A stretch of 64,000 bases of DNA from the NCBI GenBank assembly GCA_963422375.2, contig OY729427.2:1056001-1120000 (forward strand), written 5' to 3'. The translations under genes and the position numbers were made by a program. The notes beneath the pieces are model-generated. The model saw only the letters and a program-made list of their open reading frames with translations. It made no database searches and was not told where the DNA came from. The DNA is from Bryobacterales bacterium. GTDB lineage: Bacteria; Acidobacteriota; Terriglobia; Bryobacterales; UBA6623. This document shows positions 62,158-64,000 of the stretch, in pieces; positions within the stretch are counted from its first letter, which is position 1, and every line of letters starts with the position of its first letter.

Positions 62158-64000
62158 ATGATGATGGGTATCATGCACCAGAGTTGCTTTCGCAGGCGGG
62201 CCGCCCGTCGGATCTCCGGCAGGCTGGCCGTCGCATCGGCGCTGGCTCTCGCTAGCTCGTGGCACGCCTCGGCAGCGGGAGTTCCTCGGGGATACTCCAT
62301 CCCGACCGTCGACCTCGCCGGGGAGACGCACCGGCAGGTGGTCGTCGACCGCGAGCCCGGCCAGTACCTCGGGCATCCCTCGACCCTTCTGCTCCCCGAC
62401 AACCGGACGATCCTCATCGCCTACCCCAAGGGGCACGGGCGCGGCGCCATCGTCTACAAGAAGAGCCTCGACGGCGGCCACACTTGGACGGAGCGCCTGC
62501 CAACCCCGGAAAACTGGGACACCTCGATGGAGGTGCCGACGCTGTTCCGCCTAGTCGATCCGGAAGGCGTTCCGCGGATCGTCATGTTTTCCGGCAAGGC
62601 CGGCGGGATTCGCGTGGCGTATTCCGAGGACGAAGGCGACTCGTGGTCGCCATTGCAGCCGATCCGCACGCCGGGACCCGGCTACGGCGGCATCGTGGCG
62701 ATGGGCTCTATGGTGGAGCTGAATGACGGGTCCTACATGGCCTTCTTCCACGACGACGGACGATGGCTGCGCGACCCGCCCGAGCATCCAGAAGGCAAGC
62801 TGTTCGAAGTCTACAGCGTCGTGTCCGCGGACGGCGGACTGACGTGGTCGCAGCCGCGAGTCATCGCCAAGCATGCCCGCGCCCACCTGTGCGAGCCGGG
62901 CGCGCTCCGGTCCCCGGACGGCACCCAGATCGCCGTCCTGCTGCGCGAGAACAGCCGCACGCTCAACTCGTTCGCGATCTTCTCCGACGACGAGGGCAAG
63001 ACGTGGAGCGAGCCGCGGGAACTTCCGGGCGCCCTGACGGGGGACCGCCACACCGCGAAGTACGCCCCGGACGGGCGGCTCTTCATCAGCTTCCGCGACC
63101 GCACCCACATCAGCCCCACCCGGGGCGACTGGGTGGGCTGGGTCGGCACCTACGAGGACATTGCCGAGGGGCGCGAGGGTCAGTACCGAGTTCGGCTGAT
63201 GGACAACCTCAAGGGCGCCGACACGGCCTACCCGGGCGTGGAACTGCTGCCGGACGGCACGTTCGTCACTACCACCTACGGCCACTGGACCGAGGGGGAG
63301 GAGCCCTACATCGTGAGCGTGCGCTTCAAGCTCGAGGAGCTGGACGCACGGGCGAAGCTCGCCTCGAGCGAGCCGACCTCCAGCGTCCGGGCGGCGGCCC
63401 GGCCGGCGCCGGCGCCACCGGCTTCGCTCGAGCGGCCGAACGTGCTGTTCGTGGCGGTTGACGACCTGAACGACTGGGTGCTCGAGGAGGGCTCGCCAGT
63501 CGAGATGCCGAATTTCCGGCGGCTCGCGCGACGCGGCGCTCTGTTCAAGCGGGCCTACACCGCGTCCCCGGCCTGCAACCCCTCGCGCGTGGCGCTGCTG
63601 ACCGGGCTGGACCCGGCCCGCACGGGAGTGTACGGCAACCGCTCCGACTGGCGACGCGCGTTGCCCGGCGCGATGACGCTGCCGCGCTACTTCATGGAGC
63701 ACGGCTACCGTGTCGAGGGAGCGGGAAAGATCTTCCACCACCACGACAACAGCGCCTTCCACGACGACGAATCCTTCCACCGGTTCCAGAAGATGCAGCT
63801 GGATCCGATGCCGCCGCGCAAGTTCAACGGCATCGGCGCCGTGCGCAGCCCGAACTTCGACTGGGGCCAGTGGCCCCTCGACGAGTCCGGGACCCCGGAC
63901 GCCCGCGCGGTGAATTTCGGGATCGAATTCCTCTCGCGGAATCACGACCGACCGTTCTTTCTGGCGATCGGCCTGTTCCGGCCCCATATGCCGTTCCATG
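62158..64000 (+). CDS. BNR/Asp-box sialidase-like domain fused to a sulfatase domain (partial, runs off the window)
   Basis: Hand translation of frame +1 from ATG 62158 (alternative ATGs to 62173) is open to the end. Signal peptide; Asp boxes SLDGGHTW, SEDEGDSW, SADGGLTW and SDDEGKTW; Ala/Pro linker; then RPNVLFVAVDDLNDW and ACNPSRVALLTG. Confidence 0.9.
   Translation, partial: MMMGIMHQSCFRRRAARRISGRLAVASALALASSWHASAAGVPRGYSIPTVDLAGETHRQVVVDREPGQYLGHPSTLLLPDNRTILIAYPKGHGRGAIVYKKSLDGGHTWTERLPTPENWDTSMEVPTLFRLVDPEGVPRIVMFSGKAGGIRVAYSEDEGDSWSPLQPIRTPGPGYGGIVAMGSMVELNDGSYMAFFHDDGRWLRDPPEHPEGKLFEVYSVVSADGGLTWSQPRVIAKHARAHLCEPGALRSPDGTQIAVLLRENSRTLNSFAIFSDDEGKTWSEPRELPGALTGDRHTAKYAPDGRLFISFRDRTHISPTRGDWVGWVGTYEDIAEGREGQYRVRLMDNLKGADTAYPGVELLPDGTFVTTTYGHWTEGEEPYIVSVRFKLEELDARAKLASSEPTSSVRAAARPAPAPPASLERPNVLFVAVDDLNDWVLEEGSPVEMPNFRRLARRGALFKRAYTASPACNPSRVALLTGLDPARTGVYGNRSDWRRALPGAMTLPRYFMEHGYRVEGAGKIFHHHDNSAFHDDESFHRFQKMQLDPMPPRKFNGIGAVRSPNFDWGQWPLDESGTPDARAVNFGIEFLSRNHDRPFFLAIGLFRPHMPFH

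Noticed and set aside
62551..63999. 482-aa minus-strand ORF at the right edge
   Set aside because: Antisense to the sialidase-sulfatase frame, which carries clear motifs.

Overview
High-GC bacterial chromosome segment (about 70% GC by eye). Gene content (nuo set, DUF1549/DUF1553 + DUF1501, sulfatases, LytS-type kinase) suggests an Acidobacteriota- or PVC-like organism; this is inference. From left to right: (1) a low-GC two-gene cassette encoding a degenerate PLD-fold-like protein and a membrane protein whose 5' end is broken; (2) an Fo-only ATP synthase operon (atpZ/I-atpB-atpE-atpF) running directly into a PhoD-family phosphatase and an S9 peptidase; (3) a low-GC three-gene defence island with the Menshen layout (DUF262, AAA/DUF3696 ATPase, effector); (4) the most notable locus, a roughly 14 kb minus-strand cluster SulP - DabA(DUF2309) - mrpE/F/G/B'/B/C/D - nuoL-like - nuoM-like - SulP lying just downstream of a partial complex I operon (nuoCDHIJKLMN, no A/B/E/F/G here). 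This is a candidate multi-subunit, Mrp-coupled inorganic-carbon pump. (5) Then acnA, a TrmJ-family methyltransferase, a Fic protein with a destroyed catalytic motif, an acyl-CoA dehydrogenase pair, a sulfatase, a LytS-like kinase, ribA, YdjC/HpnK, a candidate sRNA, lactate permease, a PSD1/cytochrome c + DUF1501 pair, an acyl-CoA ligase, an FAH-family protein, DUF2339, a Gfo/Idh/MocA oxidoreductase, and a BNR sialidase-sulfatase fusion running off the right edge (missing from the ORF track). I recognised no rRNA, tRNA, CRISPR array, integrase or transposase. All calls are motif recognition by eye; no database search was run.
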